Assembly: GCF_048593235.1 (NCBI RefSeq)
Contig: NC_133619.1
Coordinates: 585,273,963-585,337,962 of the forward strand
Direction of reading: 5' to 3'
DNA: 64,000 nucleotides
Source of the DNA: Sminthopsis crassicaudata
Taxonomy: Eukaryota
The position numbers and the translations under genes are program-made. Shown in pieces: positions 9,700 through 23,500 of the stretch. Every line of letters starts with the position of its first letter. Within the stretch, counting starts at the first letter, position 1. The notes under the pieces are model-generated. The model worked only from the letters and a program-made list of their open reading frames with translations, ran no database searches and was not told the DNA's origin.

Positions 9700-12600
9700 C
9701 ACCCCAAAGTTCCAACTAAAGACCCACCCCTTAATGCTTGTTCCATAGGCAATGAGCTTCTCTTCATCCTAAATCTCTTCTTCCATTTCTTCCATTCCTC
9801 CTCCCCATTACCAGCATATACATTTCACTGGTAGAGTCAGGGAACTTAGAATAATCTTCCCTCTCCCTAATACCACTTCCAGATTTTCCCTCTCATCGTT
9901 CACCACTCAGTAGCTATATACCTCCCAATCAAAATCCTAGCAACTATTCTCTAGACTTCCAGGTCTCTCCCCTTTCTCAATAATTTTGGTATAACAACTT
10001 TTTTTTCTTATTCTTATACTAGGAGACTTCAACATTGATACTGGTTCTCAAACACTTTAGACATTCAGTTCCTTAATCTACTCAGTTCTCATGATCTGCT
10101 CCTCTATCCCAGAAGTCATATTTTTGATCATGCCATTACTTACAAATGTACAACCTATATGTTCCTAAATCCATAATCTATTGGTTTCCCACTTCTCCTT
10201 CTTAACAAAAACCCTGCTCTTCAGTCCCTTGATTTCCCAATTCTCTGCTTCTGTTTCTTCCAAACTTTTTCATCCTTTGTCAAATTTCAAACCTCTATTC
10301 ATCCCCCCTTATGCTCAGTTGAGAACTTACAAGAAAAAACTGATTTTGTCATGAGCTCTCTTCTCTAGTCTTTCTCATATATCATTCATAGGCCTTCTGT
10401 CACTGTTTCCTCCAACTTTTTTCCCATGTAAAGTTGCCTTACTCTTTACCAAAGCTAAATCTAATATCTGCTCAAGTGATCTTGTAACATCCTGCCTCTT
10501 CCAATATACTGCCCCTTTTGTTATTTCCACTCTACTATTTTTCAATCTCACCCTGTTTACTGGCTCACTTCTTAATATCTATAAGTATGATGACGTCTCT
10601 TCCATCTATAAAAAATGCTCACTTGACCTTTCCATCCTGGATAATTATTGTTCTCTCGCTCATGCCTTTTATACTTAAACTTCTTGAAAAGGCTATCTTG
10701 TGAAATTAAAACTATTTCCACTCATATGAAAGAGTGTTCCAAATCACTACTGATCAGAGAAATGCAAATTAAGACAACTCTGAGATACCACTACCCACCT
10801 GTCAGATTGGCTAAGATGTCAGGAACAAATAATGATGAATGTTGGAGGGGATGTGGGAAAACTGGAATACATACATTGTTGGTAGAGTTGTGAAAGAATC
10901 CAACCATTCTGAGAGCAATTTGGAACTATGCCCAAAAAGTTATCAAACTGTGCATACCCTTTGACCCAGTAGTGCTACTACTGGGCTTATATCCCAAGGA
11001 AATACTAAAGAAGGGAAAGGGACCTGTATGTGCCAAAATGTTTGTGTCAGCCCTTTTCATAGTGGCTAGAAATTGGAAAATGAATGGATGTCCATCAGTT
11101 GGAAACTGGTTGAGTAAATTATGGTATATGAATGTTATGGGATATTATTGTTCTGTAAGAAATGACCAACAGGAGGAATACAGAGAGGCTTGGAGAGACT
11201 TACATGAACTGATGCTGAGTGAAATGAGCAGAACCAGAAGATCACTATATACTTCAACAATGATACTGTATGAGGATGTATTCTGATGGAAGTGGATATC
11301 TTCAACATAGAGATCTAACTTAGTTCCAATTGGTCAATGATGGATAGAATCAGCTACACCCAGAAAAGGAACACTAGGAAATGAATGTAAACTGTGAGCA
11401 TTTTTTGTTTTTCTTCCCAGATTTTTATCTTCTGAAAACAATTCTTCCTTTGCACCACCACCAACAACAAAATTCCGTTCTGCACAAATATATTGTACCT
11501 AAGATATACTATAAGATATTTAATATGAATGGGAATGCCTGCCATTTAGGGGAGGGGGTGAAGGGAAGGAAGGGAAAAATTTGGAACAGAAGTGAGTACA
11601 AGGGATAATGTTGTAAAAAAAAGAAAAGGCTATCTTGGATTTACAAATAGATGCCCCCTCTTTCTCTCCTCTCGTTCTCAACCCCTTACAATCTGGCTTC
11701 AGATTTTATCATTCCACCAAAATTATTTTCCAGAGTTAACCAAATGATTTCATAATTGTCAAATCCAGTAGCTTTTTCTTAATCCTCATTCTCTTCAATC
11801 TCTCTGTAGCCTTTGACTGTTGATTACTCTCTCCTCCTTAAAACTCTCTTCTCTGTAGATATTTGGGACATCACTCTCTCCTGCTTCTCCTATCTGACCA
11901 CTTCGATCTCCTTTGCTGGAATCTCTTTCAGATCATGTCCTCTATAAGTATTCTCAGGATTTTGACGCGGGTCTTGCCTTCTCCCTTTATATTACTTTAC
12001 TTGATGATCTTTCCAGATTTCATGAACTGACCACCTCTTTATTGATTTTTAATTTACCTATCCTACCCTAAACTCTGTTGACTTCTAATTTTGAATCTCC
12101 AATCGTCTTTGAGATATTCAAAGTGGTTGTCCATTTAGACATCTTATAGTCAACATGCCCAAAAAGGAAATTATATCTTCCCTTCTTCCCTCTTAGCTTC
12201 TCTATTACTGTTCTCTCCCCACTTCAACCCATTCCACCATATCCTAAGGCCTGTCAAATCACCTTTGCAACAACTTTCAAATATGCCCCCTTCTGTCTTT
12301 TCCTATCACTATAGTACCGGCTCTCTCACCTCACACTTAGATTATTACAAAAGCCTCACACCTAGATTACTACAATACCTTACTGAAGGACCTGTCTGCC
12401 TCATGTCTCTCCCTACTCTAATTCATCCTTTTAGCCACCAAAGTGATTTTCCTAAAATACAGGTCTGACCTTGTCACTCCCCTATTCAATAAGCTCTAGT
12501 GGCTAGTTTTGGCCTCCAGGATCAAATACAAAATCCTGTCTAGTGTTTAAAGTACTTCATAATCTAACCCTTTCTTAACCTGACTCCTCAACATATACTG

Positions 12601-12960
12601 TTTAATTAAGTGACAATGGCCTTTTTGTTCCATGAACAAGATATTCTACCTTTTGGCTTTTCTCTGTCTCCCTCAGCCTAGAATGTTTTCCATCATTCCT
12701 GCCTAATGGCTTCGCTGGCTTCCTTTAAGTTCCCTTCTATAAGAAGCTTTTCCCAACCCCTCTTAATTCTGCTACATTCTTTCTGTTAAATGTTTTCTAT
12801 TTACTCTGTATGGAGCTTGTCTGTATATATTTCTTTGCACATTGTTTCCCTTATTTGTGAACTCTCTAATAGAGGGGTTTATCTTATGCCTTTGTGTTTG
12901 TCTTTTTTTGGGGGGGGGGATTTAATCTCCATTACTTAGCCTTGTTTAGTATATTATAGG
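9700..12960 (+). mobile_element. Decayed LINE-2 interrupted by a younger L1
   Basis: Pyrimidine-rich; ggagacttcaac (GDFN endonuclease motif) near 10022; gtcaaatccagtagc...ctctgtagcctttgact (KSNG...LSAAFD RT motif) near 11760-11820; boundaries approximate. Confidence 0.7.
10701..11622 (+). mobile_element. Young 5'-truncated LINE-1 with 15-bp TSD
   Basis: ORF2 C-terminus ([25 protein letters not shown]); TSD gaaaaggctatcttg at 10686-10700 and 11623-11637. Confidence 0.92.
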
Positions 12961-14289
12961 TGTCTGTTTAAAGCTAATCTATGATAGGCTGAGAATTCTT
13001 AGTTTATATTCTGTTGCCTACACTATGGCTGTTTCATACCTTGCTATTGCAAGAAAGCCCAGTTTATATGTGCTTTTGTCCTTTCTAATGATCCAAGGTT
13101 ATAACTATGGATAGTAGATTTGTTAGAAGTCTTTTCCAGGTTAGCAATGCCTTCCCTAAACCTTGGAGCCTATGCAGCTGGAATTACTGTCCCCAATTAG
13201 TCCTCATAGCAGGCATGGAAATTAAAAGACAGGCCACTGAGCTGCTGTCAACTAGCCATTCAAGGGCTAAGAAGTTCACTAAGGAAAAAGGGGAAAGTGC
13301 ATTAAAAGTGGGGTGGATCAGCCCAGCTATATCATTTTCCTTCCTGCTCCCCTAAAGTCACCACATCTGTCACTCATTTTTTTCATGATATCCATTCCTT
13401 CCTCCCTACCCCCAACATTCCTCAGTGAACTCCTCAAACCATTTTAAACTTCAAATGCATTCCTAGTTGACTAGATCAACATGATCTCTGTGGATAATGA
13501 AATGAACCTCTGGGTACACAGGGAGCATTGATGAAGGCTATCATACCCTTGGCATGACCTTGTGAGAATGCCCCAGGGCCAAAGCCAAGCCATAAATGGC
13601 AGTTCTTTCTTTGACAGTTTCCTTTAAAATCACTGAATTGGGGCTGAATATCCTATCAGCAGAGACAGGAAGCCCACAGTCATGCTTTTACCCACTCCTT
13701 CCATGCTGAGTACAGAGAGAATACCATTCCCAAAGGACATTCCTGCTGACCCATCGGTGTAAAAGGAGCAGATTTTGCAATGGTTGGAGCCCTAGTGAGG
13801 AAGAAACTCTTAAACTAGACTCATGAACAACACTGGACAACATGCAATGTAGATGTGTGTGACTTGGACCCATAAAGCCAATTCTGCTTACCAGAGAAGT
13901 ACTCAAAGGGTACAAACAGTAGCAAAAAACAAGTAATGCAGACTATTAACAACCACATGAAAGAATACTCCAAACCATTACTGGTAAGAGAAATGCAAAT
14001 TAAAACTGCTCTGAGGTTTTACCTCAATCTCAGTAAATAGGCAACAGTAATAAAAGATGGAAAGTTAACACTGAAGAGGCTTCAAGAAAACAAGTGTAAG
14101 TATGGCCAGGTTTGGCCATTCTAGAAAACAATGTTGATGAATATCTCAAAATAAGATAACTGCTTGTGCCTGCTGCAAGAAATAAATCCCACAAAGATCA
14201 AAGAAAGAGAGAAAGGATCGCATATACCAAAATGTTTCTAACAGTACTTATTGTGACAGCAAAATGCCAAAACCAAAGTGTATACCCAC

Positions 14290-14648
14290 TGATTAGTGTT
14301 TAGTCATTTCAACTCTTCCCAACTCCTTCTGGGGTTTTCTTGGAGGAGGTACTGGAGTGTTTATCATTTCTTTCCCCAGCTTATTTTACAGATGAGGAAA
14401 CTAAGGCAAGCAGAGTGAAGCAACTTGTGCAAGGTCACATAACTAGACTAATTGGGCAATTAGGGGCTCAGTGGATTGGGCCTGAAGTCAGGAAGTCTTC
14501 TCTTCTTGAGTTTAAATCTTACCTTGGATACTTACTAGCTGTGTGTCCTGTTTGCCTTAGTTTCCTCAACTACAAAATAAAGAAAATGGCAAATTGCTTC
14601 AGTATCTACACCAAGAAAATCACAAATGGGGTTACAAAGATGTGGACA
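14290..14648. mobile_element. CORE-SINE (MIR/Mar1-like) fragments
   Basis: cttattttacagatgaggaaactaaggc, tttgccttagtttcctcaactacaaaat, caagaaaatcacaaatggggt motifs. Confidence 0.65.
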
Positions 14649-15866
14649 TAAAGGAAAACTAGAGATCATTATTGATCACAAAATAGAAAAATTTGATTAC
14701 ATCAAATTAAAAAGCTTTTGTACAAACAAAACTAATGCAAACAAGATTAGAAGGGAAGTAACACATTGGGAAAATATTTTTACAATTAAAGGTTCTGTTA
14801 AAGGCCTTATCTCCAAAATATACAGAGAATTGACTTTATAAAAAAAATCAAGCCATTCTCCAATTGATAAATGGTCAAAGGATATGAACAGACAATTTTC
14901 AGATGATGAAATTAAAACTATTTCCACTCATATGAAAGTGTTCCAAATCACTACTGATCAGAGAAATGCAAATTAAGACCACTCTGAGATACCACTACAC
15001 ACCTGTCAGATTGGCTAAGATGACAGGAACAAATAATGATGAATGTTGGAGAGGATGTGGGAAAACTGGGACACTGATACATTGTTGGTGGAGTTGTGAA
15101 AGAATCCAGCCATTCTGGAGAGCAATCTGGAATTATGCCCAAAAAGTTATCAAACTGTGCATACCCTTTGACCCAGCAGTGCTACTACTGGGCTTATATC
15201 CCAAGGAAATACTAAAGAAGGGAAAGGGACCTGTATGTGCCAAAATGTTTGTGGCAGCCCTTTTTATAGTGGCTAGAAACTGGAAGATGAATGGATGTCC
15301 ATCAATTGGAGAATGGTTGGATAAATTATGGTATATGAAGGCTATGGAATATTTTTGCTCTGTAAGAAATGACCAGCAGGATGTGAAACGAGCAGAACCA
15401 GGGGATCATTATACATTTCAACAATGATACTGTATGAGGATGTATTCTGATGGAAGTGAATATCTTCAACAAAGAAAAGATCTAATTCAATTCCAATTGA
15501 TCAATGATAGACAGAATCAGCTATACCCAGAAAAGGAGCACTGGGAAATGAGTGTAAACTGTGAGCATTTTTTGTTTTTCTCCCCAGATTATTTTTACCT
15601 TCCGAATCCAATTCTTCCTTTGCAACAACAACAACAAAATTTGGTTCTGCACATATATATTGTGCCTAGGATATACTATAAGATATTTAATATGTATGGG
15701 AATGCCTGCTATCTAGGAGAGGGGGTAGAGGGAAGGAAGGGAAAAATTTGGAACAGAAGTGAGTACAAGGGATAATGTTGTAAAAAATTTACCTATGCAT
15801 ATGTACTGTCAAAAAAAAAAAAAGTTATAATTATAAAATTAATTTAAAAAAATAAAAAAAAATAAA
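14649..15866 (+). mobile_element. Young 5'-truncated LINE-1 (ORF2 C-terminus, 3' UTR, A tail)
   Basis: ORF 14966-15427 [18 protein letters not shown]...CWRGCGK; near-identical to the 10701 copy; poly(A)-rich tail. Confidence 0.92.
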
Positions 15867-16479
15867 GTTCAAGGGAAAAAATAACAATTGCACATGTCAA
15901 CAACAATTAAAAAAAACACAAAGATATAGACATGATTGAAAAATGATAGAACAAGAAACTATATATGAAAATAATTAGATGAAGAGTGCCCTTCTTTTGA
16001 TGGAAAGGAGATATACAAGGATGGAAATACTGGTGGAATGTCTTAAGCATTCATGGGTTTTGCCATCTTTTTTCCTTTGCCAAAAAAGAAGTTAGGGACT
16101 TGGATATATTAGAAATGACTAACATAAAAACAAAAGGAACCAATTATAACTTAAAAAAAAAAAACCACAGTGTTCTTGAATTTTGCCTCTCCTAGTAATA
16201 AAATATCCTTTGATATGTGACAGTCAGCATATCTCTGACTAATGCCAGCTGAGAGTTGTTCTCTAGATTCTGGGTCACACAGATTGAGGACCTTCCCTAT
16301 AGGTCTAGCTGTACTGCCTGCTCACTTGGCCCACAAAGGGGCCTCTTATCTCATACATGCAGTTACATTTGGGTCTATTCCTGTTTCTATTTCATTCCAG
16401 GGAGCTGGAAATTTGCTAAAACCACAGATCACACAGCAAGTCAGGAAGGACAGTGGCTACAAAAAGAGTCCAACACAGC

Positions 16480-16485
16480 TTTATT
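16480..16485 (-). terminator. Candidate RRP8 poly(A) signal AATAAA
   Basis: tttatt on + strand, about 390 nt past the RRP8 stop. Confidence 0.55.
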
Positions 16486-16876
16486 TCTTCAATGAGTTAT
16501 GAAAAACTGGAGGGGCTGCTATTCATCTCCTCTCCCCCATCATCCTATTATTTCAGAACCTGCATGGCTCTCAGATCTCACCCAAGATCCACTTATTTCA
16601 TTGATGAAGAGAAGAAGGCCCAAGGAGATAAAGCTGATTATTCTTATTATGTTGCCATAGTCCAAGTCAAGGCTGGAACTAGGGATTCCTTTGAAAATCC
16701 TCCATCCTGTTGCCCAAGTCCTTCTGTTAATTCAATCTTCATCACTTCTTCATCTGCTGCTCTGGTCCATGTCCTATCACAGTGCTCTTGTGCACAAGAT
16801 TCTGTACTATCCAGGGGCAGTTATGGTAGCTCAGTTCTGAGGCATCAGGGTAGAGGCAGAAAGATGTCAGACTGAG

Positions 16877-17487
16877 TCACCGGCGTTTATACAGACATGG
16901 TCTCAAAATCAGGCCTGGAAGGGGACCCTGAGCCTTGGGAAGTCCTGTTTTGTGGAAGTTTAACAGGTAGAAGTAACTGTTGGTCAGGTCCTGAAAAGAG
17001 AAGAGATAGACCACAGCTAGAGAACATTAACTTTTCCTATGGCCCACTTTCCATTTCCTTGTTGTTCAGGTGAGATGGAGGGGGACAATGGAAAAGGGTC
17101 AACAATCTATCATTGCCACAAGAGGCTGGCTCTCTTTCCTAGCCATCAACTCCTCAGGGTCCAACATCTTGTCTAATTTCTACAAATGAGTCGGGCAACT
17201 TAGTGAATATTATACCTTCATATACTTGTCTAGCCTATGGGACACGGGCTCAGGATATGGGGGAGAGGGGGAGAGCAGAAGGCATATCCCTGTTACCTTG
17301 GAGACAAGCTTGAAGCCCAGCTGGGCTAAGGCTCCCAAGAAACTCCTCATATCCACAAACCGGCTGGCTACCTCAGCTATTTTCAACAGGCCTCTGTAGG
17401 GAAAGAAAGGACATGAAAGAAAGGAAATCATGGCAGAGTTGGATAGGGCAGAGGGGTACAAGATAGTAACGTATTTAAGTGAACAGG

Positions 17488-17525
<38 letters not shown>

Positions 17526-20500
17526 GAGAGAGAGAGAATTATCAGTGCATATGCAATGTATGAAGCACTCAAATAAGCAAATGAAGAAAACAGACCAGGG
17601 AAGATGTAGAAAGCATTTGGATGAAGAGTAATAAAGAAATAAAGTAACGCTGTCATCAGGGTACTTGGACAAAGAGATTGCATGCCTGGCACAAAGTCAT
17701 GATGTAACAAAGGTAAGGGATTTCAACTTTCTAAATATCTGCTAAAACTTTTTCTTTGCCAAAAAAGACTGAAAAACTGATTTACCTTAAGTATCATAGA
17801 TTTCAAACTGGAAGGTAAACTTCGTCATCTCTAATCTTCTCAAATACTTTTATCCTTTAACAGCAAACAACCAAGGGAGCTGCCATTGTGGACCCAATTC
17901 TCAACAACAAGAAAACTAGTTGCTTAAGTAAGAATTCCTCTCCTCAAAAATCTCAGTTCCCATGCAGCCACTCTTTTGGTCATTTCTGGCTTCTCTACCA
18001 CATCATCATGCTAGGTACCTCCTTTTCTCTCAGCTTTCTTTTGTGGATTGTCTTTCCCTATTAGAGGGAAGGCAAGGATTATTTTCTTTTTTGTATTTGT
18101 GGCCCTAAAGCAGAGAACAATGCTGAGCCCAAGCAGCATTTTACTGTCAGTAATGACTGTTGATAAGAGCCTTGAAAAGAAGTAATATTCTATCTTAAGC
18201 CCTAGAAATGATAGGGTGGATTTTCAAGTCATAACTGAGGATAAATTGATCTGAATCTAAAGATAGAATCCTATGACCTGGAGACTCTTTAAGGAAAACT
18301 GACATGAGGAGATACTGGAGAATAGAATTCTACTAACACAAACACAAATTATTTACAGGAAGAAAAAAAAAAAAAAAAAAAAAGGCAAACAAACAGCCCA
18401 CTAAGATCAATGTGATGCATAGTTCATCAAGCAATGTAGTTTTTAAGCATAAATGCAAAGATGCAAGTTTGAAGCAAGGATAGATTCCTTTGAGATATTT
18501 TGCATTTTCTTCTATTTTTTTTCATACTTTTGATTTTGTTTTATTATTTCTTGATGTCTCATGGAATCATTAGTTACAGTATGACCAATTTTTAATTTTT
18601 GAGGAGTTAAATATTTTCCTTATGAGATTTTGCACCTTTTTTGCCATTTGGAATTGTGGGTTTTGTTTTTTTTTTTTTTGAATGTTGTTTGTCCTTTGAT
18701 TTGTTTTCGTTTTTCTCAACAATATTTTATTTTCCAAATCCATGTAAAGATAGTTTTCAACATTCATTTTTTGTAAGATTTTGTGTTCCACATTTTTCTA
18801 CAATATGATAAAGATTATATAGTACTTTTGAACATATTTCCATATTTGTCACATTGTCCAAGAAAAACCAAACCAAAACCAATTCTGACTTTTAAGCAGT
18901 TTCTTTAGTATTTTTATGCCTTTTATCAAGTAGGTAATTCTCTCTTCATAATTTTCTTGCATTATATTCATTTCTTTTCCCAAGTTTTCCTCTCCTCCTA
19001 TTATTTGGTTTTTAAAATTCTTTTGTTCTTCTAAAATGTCTTCCTTATATGTGATTGCACATATATAACATGCAAATTGTTTACTGTCTTAGGGAGGGGG
19101 AAGGAGAAAATTTGGAACTCAAAAGTTTATAAAAAATGAATGTTAATGTAGGAGGGATTGGGGAATGGGAGAGAAAAAAAATTGCAACACAAGGTTTTGC
19201 AAGGATGAATGCTAAAAATTATCCATCTGCATATTTTGAAAATAAAATGCTTTAATTAAAAAAATTAAAAAAAAAACAATAAGAAATCAAGATAAAAAAT
19301 GAATGCTAAAAATTATCTTTACATCTAATTGGAAAAATATATTTTAAAATTATTATTATTTTTTTTTTTAGCTCTTGTAGAATATTGTTAGGTTTCTGTC
19401 CAATCTGCATTTTTCTTTGATGTTTTTCAAATCATTGTCTTCTTCTGAGTTTGTCTTAAGCTTCCCCATCATGATAGGAATTCTTTGTTGTCATTTGTTC
19501 ATTTTTCCAGACTACTTCTTGATTTTGGACTCTACAATATGCTCAGTTCAACTGGCCAGATTTTGGGGGGGGGGGGGGATAGTGAGTGGGACTGGCCTGA
19601 GCTTTAAGACTTTATGTCCTTAGCTTTCATAGCTTGATGTGAAGGTCTTTAAGTTTTTGGTGCTTCCCATACATGAGACTTGGGGAGAGGTCTGGTCTAT
19701 ACTTTAGTCTTTATCTAGGTAGGGCCCTTGCTTTCTCAAGTCTTCCTAAGCTGCCCTGGGTGGGAAAAATGACTCAGTGCAGTTTTTTCTGCTCAGAATT
19801 CTGTTTGATATTTTCTGTTATCATTTTGTAGGAGGGTTTTCAGTGAAGTCTGGTAGTTGTGACCTTTCACTCTGCCATCTGAACTTCATCTTCATATAAT
19901 ACAAGGGCAGATTCCTGAGTGGCATAATCCCATAAGAAAAATTTCAGGAGTTCTAAATTCAGTATGAATTTAAAATAGTGATGAATTTGAGGTATGACAA
20001 TGTGGCTTTTTAAGCTATACTGGGAACAAGAGAAAGATCAAGGAATAGGAACACTTTTTGGGGGATGACTAGGATGAAGAAAATATGAGACACAGAAGAT
20101 TCGGGAAGTGAAAAGAATAATGGCTTTGAAGTCAGAAGTCCTGGGATCTAATCCCAATCCTATCTGTATAACCTTAAGTCATTTCTGAAACTCAGTTTCT
20201 ACAAGAATAAAAACAAGAGACCACCTGATCTCTAACTACTAATGCTACCTTTCCCAAATCATATCAGACTAACCACATTTTCTTTTTAACAGTGTTACTA
20301 AATAAATCAAGGAAAGCTATAGCCTTAGGATTTTAGAACTGAAAAGACCTTTAAGGATTACAAAATTATGTGACTTACCAAGGACTGAATCTAAACCAAT
20401 CTTGAGCATCTCTTGAGCATTTAGCAAGTTCTTTCATGATATTATGGATAAAATGGAAAATTTAAAGCTGGATGATGGATTCCAAAGTGCTTGAACAATT

Positions 20501-23500
20501 CAAAATGTCGATGTGAACTAGGGGAATTCTCAGGTGGAATGTTTAAAGGACCTGACCTTTGGCTTTACACTAATAAATCTTTTTTGTCGATGGTTTAGAT
20601 AAAGGCATAGATGGCACATTGATTAGCTTTACATATGATATGAAATGAATGAAGATAGCCAAGCACTGAATTACTAAGTTACGATCCAAAGAGAATTCTG
20701 TCAATCAGAAAAATGGTCTGAAGCTAATAAGATGAAACTTAAGAAGGATAAATGTAAAGTAATACATTTGAAAATTCAAAAATCCCACCACATAAATAAG
20801 GGAGTGGGAAGACATAAAATCATGAAATCAGTGGACTGCCAGTTCAACAGGAGTCCACATTGTAACATGGTAGGTGGGAAAACTAAGAGGACTGAAGGCA
20901 GCATTAAGAAAGGCAGGAATTCCCTTAACTGTCAGAAGAGTTGAATTTGATTATCTCTACAATTCTTCCCGATTCTAAATTCAAGCTATTATAGTAATGT
21001 CCAAATGGACCCCAATCAGGTCACAACCTTAATATTGTGTTCAATTCTGAGGGACCCCATTTAGGAAGCTGATGTCACCAGTAGGTCACATATAGGAATT
21101 AGAAATGTTTAATCTGAAGAAGAACATGACCCGGGTCTTTAATGTTTGAAGGATTGTCATAGGGAAGGGAGATCAGATTTGCTCTGCTTGGCCCCAAGTA
21201 CATCCCAGAAGCAACAAGTAGAAGATGAATAGCTAGAGATTAGATCTCTTTTATGGAATGAAGTCTTCTAAAACAAGTACTTTCTAAACATGCTTTAAAG
21301 ATGCATTAAGAGGAAGCTGGATGATGCCTTGTAAGGAATGGTAAAGAGGAGATGTATCCCTGGATACAGGTACAATTACATGCTAGAGACAGGAACCCTA
21401 GTGGGACAGGGATGGTCTGAAAGGCTGGGCGGGATGGAGTGTGGGAGGTGACAGAAGAGAGAGGGAGTCCTTACACAGACCCCACCTCCAAGAGGTCCTC
21501 ACCCTGGTTTCAGCACTCGGTTTGCCTCCTTTAGGAAGTCACTCAGATTTGTTCCCATCAATGAAAGGCAGAAAACGGCAATGTCCACAGACTCATCCTT
21601 GAGGGGCACCTGGAGTCGGGTAGGAGAGAGGGGAAACTATGAAACTCAGGCCTTATTGCCTCAAGCAAAAACATACATTCCTGAAGAAAAGAAATGTGGG
21701 CTACCAAAAAAGGAGTTCTTATATATGGAAGGAAAGGTTTCCAGGGAAACTTAAAGGCTTAAGGAGGGAACTAGTAATTTCCAGGAGCAGGATAAAGCTT
21801 TCATGGGTGAAATGAGAGAATATATAGGAAAGATTAGGGATTCTTGGGCTAAATAAAGTCTTATGTAACTTTCTTCTAGGAGGGTAGGTCTGAGACAAGG
21901 ATATGAAAGTTTATAGAAAGCCATGAGGGCTGACATGAGGAAATGACACTTTATAAAAGGTTAAAGACAATTATGAGAAGGTAGAAGTTTTCAGAGACAG
22001 GCAAGGGTTTATGAGGGGAGAAGATACCTTCTATTAGAAGTTGAGAACTTAGATGGTGAAGTAAAGATTCACAGAGAAGTGGACTCTTACCTGGGCCATG
22101 TCACATACTGTGACCCGGGGGTCAAGTGCAGCAAGGTCAAAGCAGTGAACAGTGTTCCTGACACTAGAGGCAAGTTGACAGTCTCCACAACCAAAATCTG
22201 CCACAACTAGGGATGCTGGCCTACAAAAACAAAAAACCAAGAGTCAGAGGACTATCTGACTATCAGTTTTAGTGATCTCCTAGGGATCTGCTCCTAGCTG
22301 CCCCTCTCAAATTTCTTCCCCATCTGAGCCATTCTCCTTTGCCTCTTAAGGGGCCTTTCCTTACTCACTGCTGTTTCAAATCTTTTATGATTCGGTCCAC
22401 AGGCTTCAAGGGCCATCGCTTTATTTGGTTCTGAAAGCCACGATGGTAGAGCTCAAAGGCCTCAGGGTCTTCCTGGAAAATATGGCTTGCGGCACTGCTG
22501 GTTACACAGTAAAGCTGCTCATTGAGGAAGCGGAAACGAGCTCCTTCAAGACGTAGCTTCATCTTTGCCCGAAGCATCCCACCCCGGTCCAGAGATGCCC
22601 CTGACTCCTTTGCTTCCAACGCTGGCTCACACACCTCTGTCAGTTCAGGGGGAGTCTCCTGTTTAAGAGCTGCAACACTTTGTGACTTCAGGGGCAGAAA
22701 CTTATTCTTTTGTCTCCTTTTGTTTTTCTGACGGTTTCTCCATTGTTTCCGGCTTAGCCTTGGTTCTGTGGTATTCCTATCTTCCACTGGGCTGTGAATG
22801 GTCCTCGTGAGGGCTGGGTCCGTCTGGGGAAGCACAGGGACCAGATCACTATTCTTTGGGGCTTCAGGACCTGTAGGGGTAAAATTTTGGAAGGCTTTTG
22901 GTTGGTAGAGAGCCAGAGTAAATACCCCCAAACCTCAAGATCTGAAAGGTCAGCTTCACCATTCTATAGCTCAGAGGCAGATTGTTTCCAAGGATGAGAA
23001 GTCAAAGTCCAGTCCTCCAAGGATAAGGCTGGTAGAAGAAAAGCGTACAGGTACAATAGCTAAACTGAATCCCACAGAAGGCATCAAGAAAAATATCATG
23101 GATAGGTGGAGAGAGATTATTTAAAAGAAAAAAAAAAAAAAAAAAAAAAAGGGAAACTAAAGCTTATAATTCAAGAAAGTAAACAGTACTTCAAAAATGT
23201 CACTGAGACTTGCTGGGATGCAACTGGTGCTTATAATGCAGCACTAGATGGAATTCAAGAGTAACAGAATGGATCGGAAACATGAAGAAGACAGTCACTT
23301 GTGTAGAATTTAAAAAAAAAAGGGGGGGGGGGCGGAAAGAAAGTATGCCATGCAATTTTTGTGGGAAATGATGGATGAAGCCCCAGGAAAAAGACTGAAC
23401 AGCCAAACAGAGGAAACACAGGACAAATTTGAGAACAGATCACAAGCTCAGCAAAGCAGTTTGGTAGAGATATGATGAGGCTTACTAGAGAGGGATGATT

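Noticed and set aside
10648-15775. ORFs of 80-153 aa as independent genes
   Set aside because: They are L1 ORF2 C-terminal and 3' UTR fragments
22871-23035. Alternative upstream acceptors for RRP8 exon 3 (22942 and about 23030)
   Set aside because: An in-frame TGA at 22935-22937 blocks extension, and the 22942 site is out of frame with exon 2
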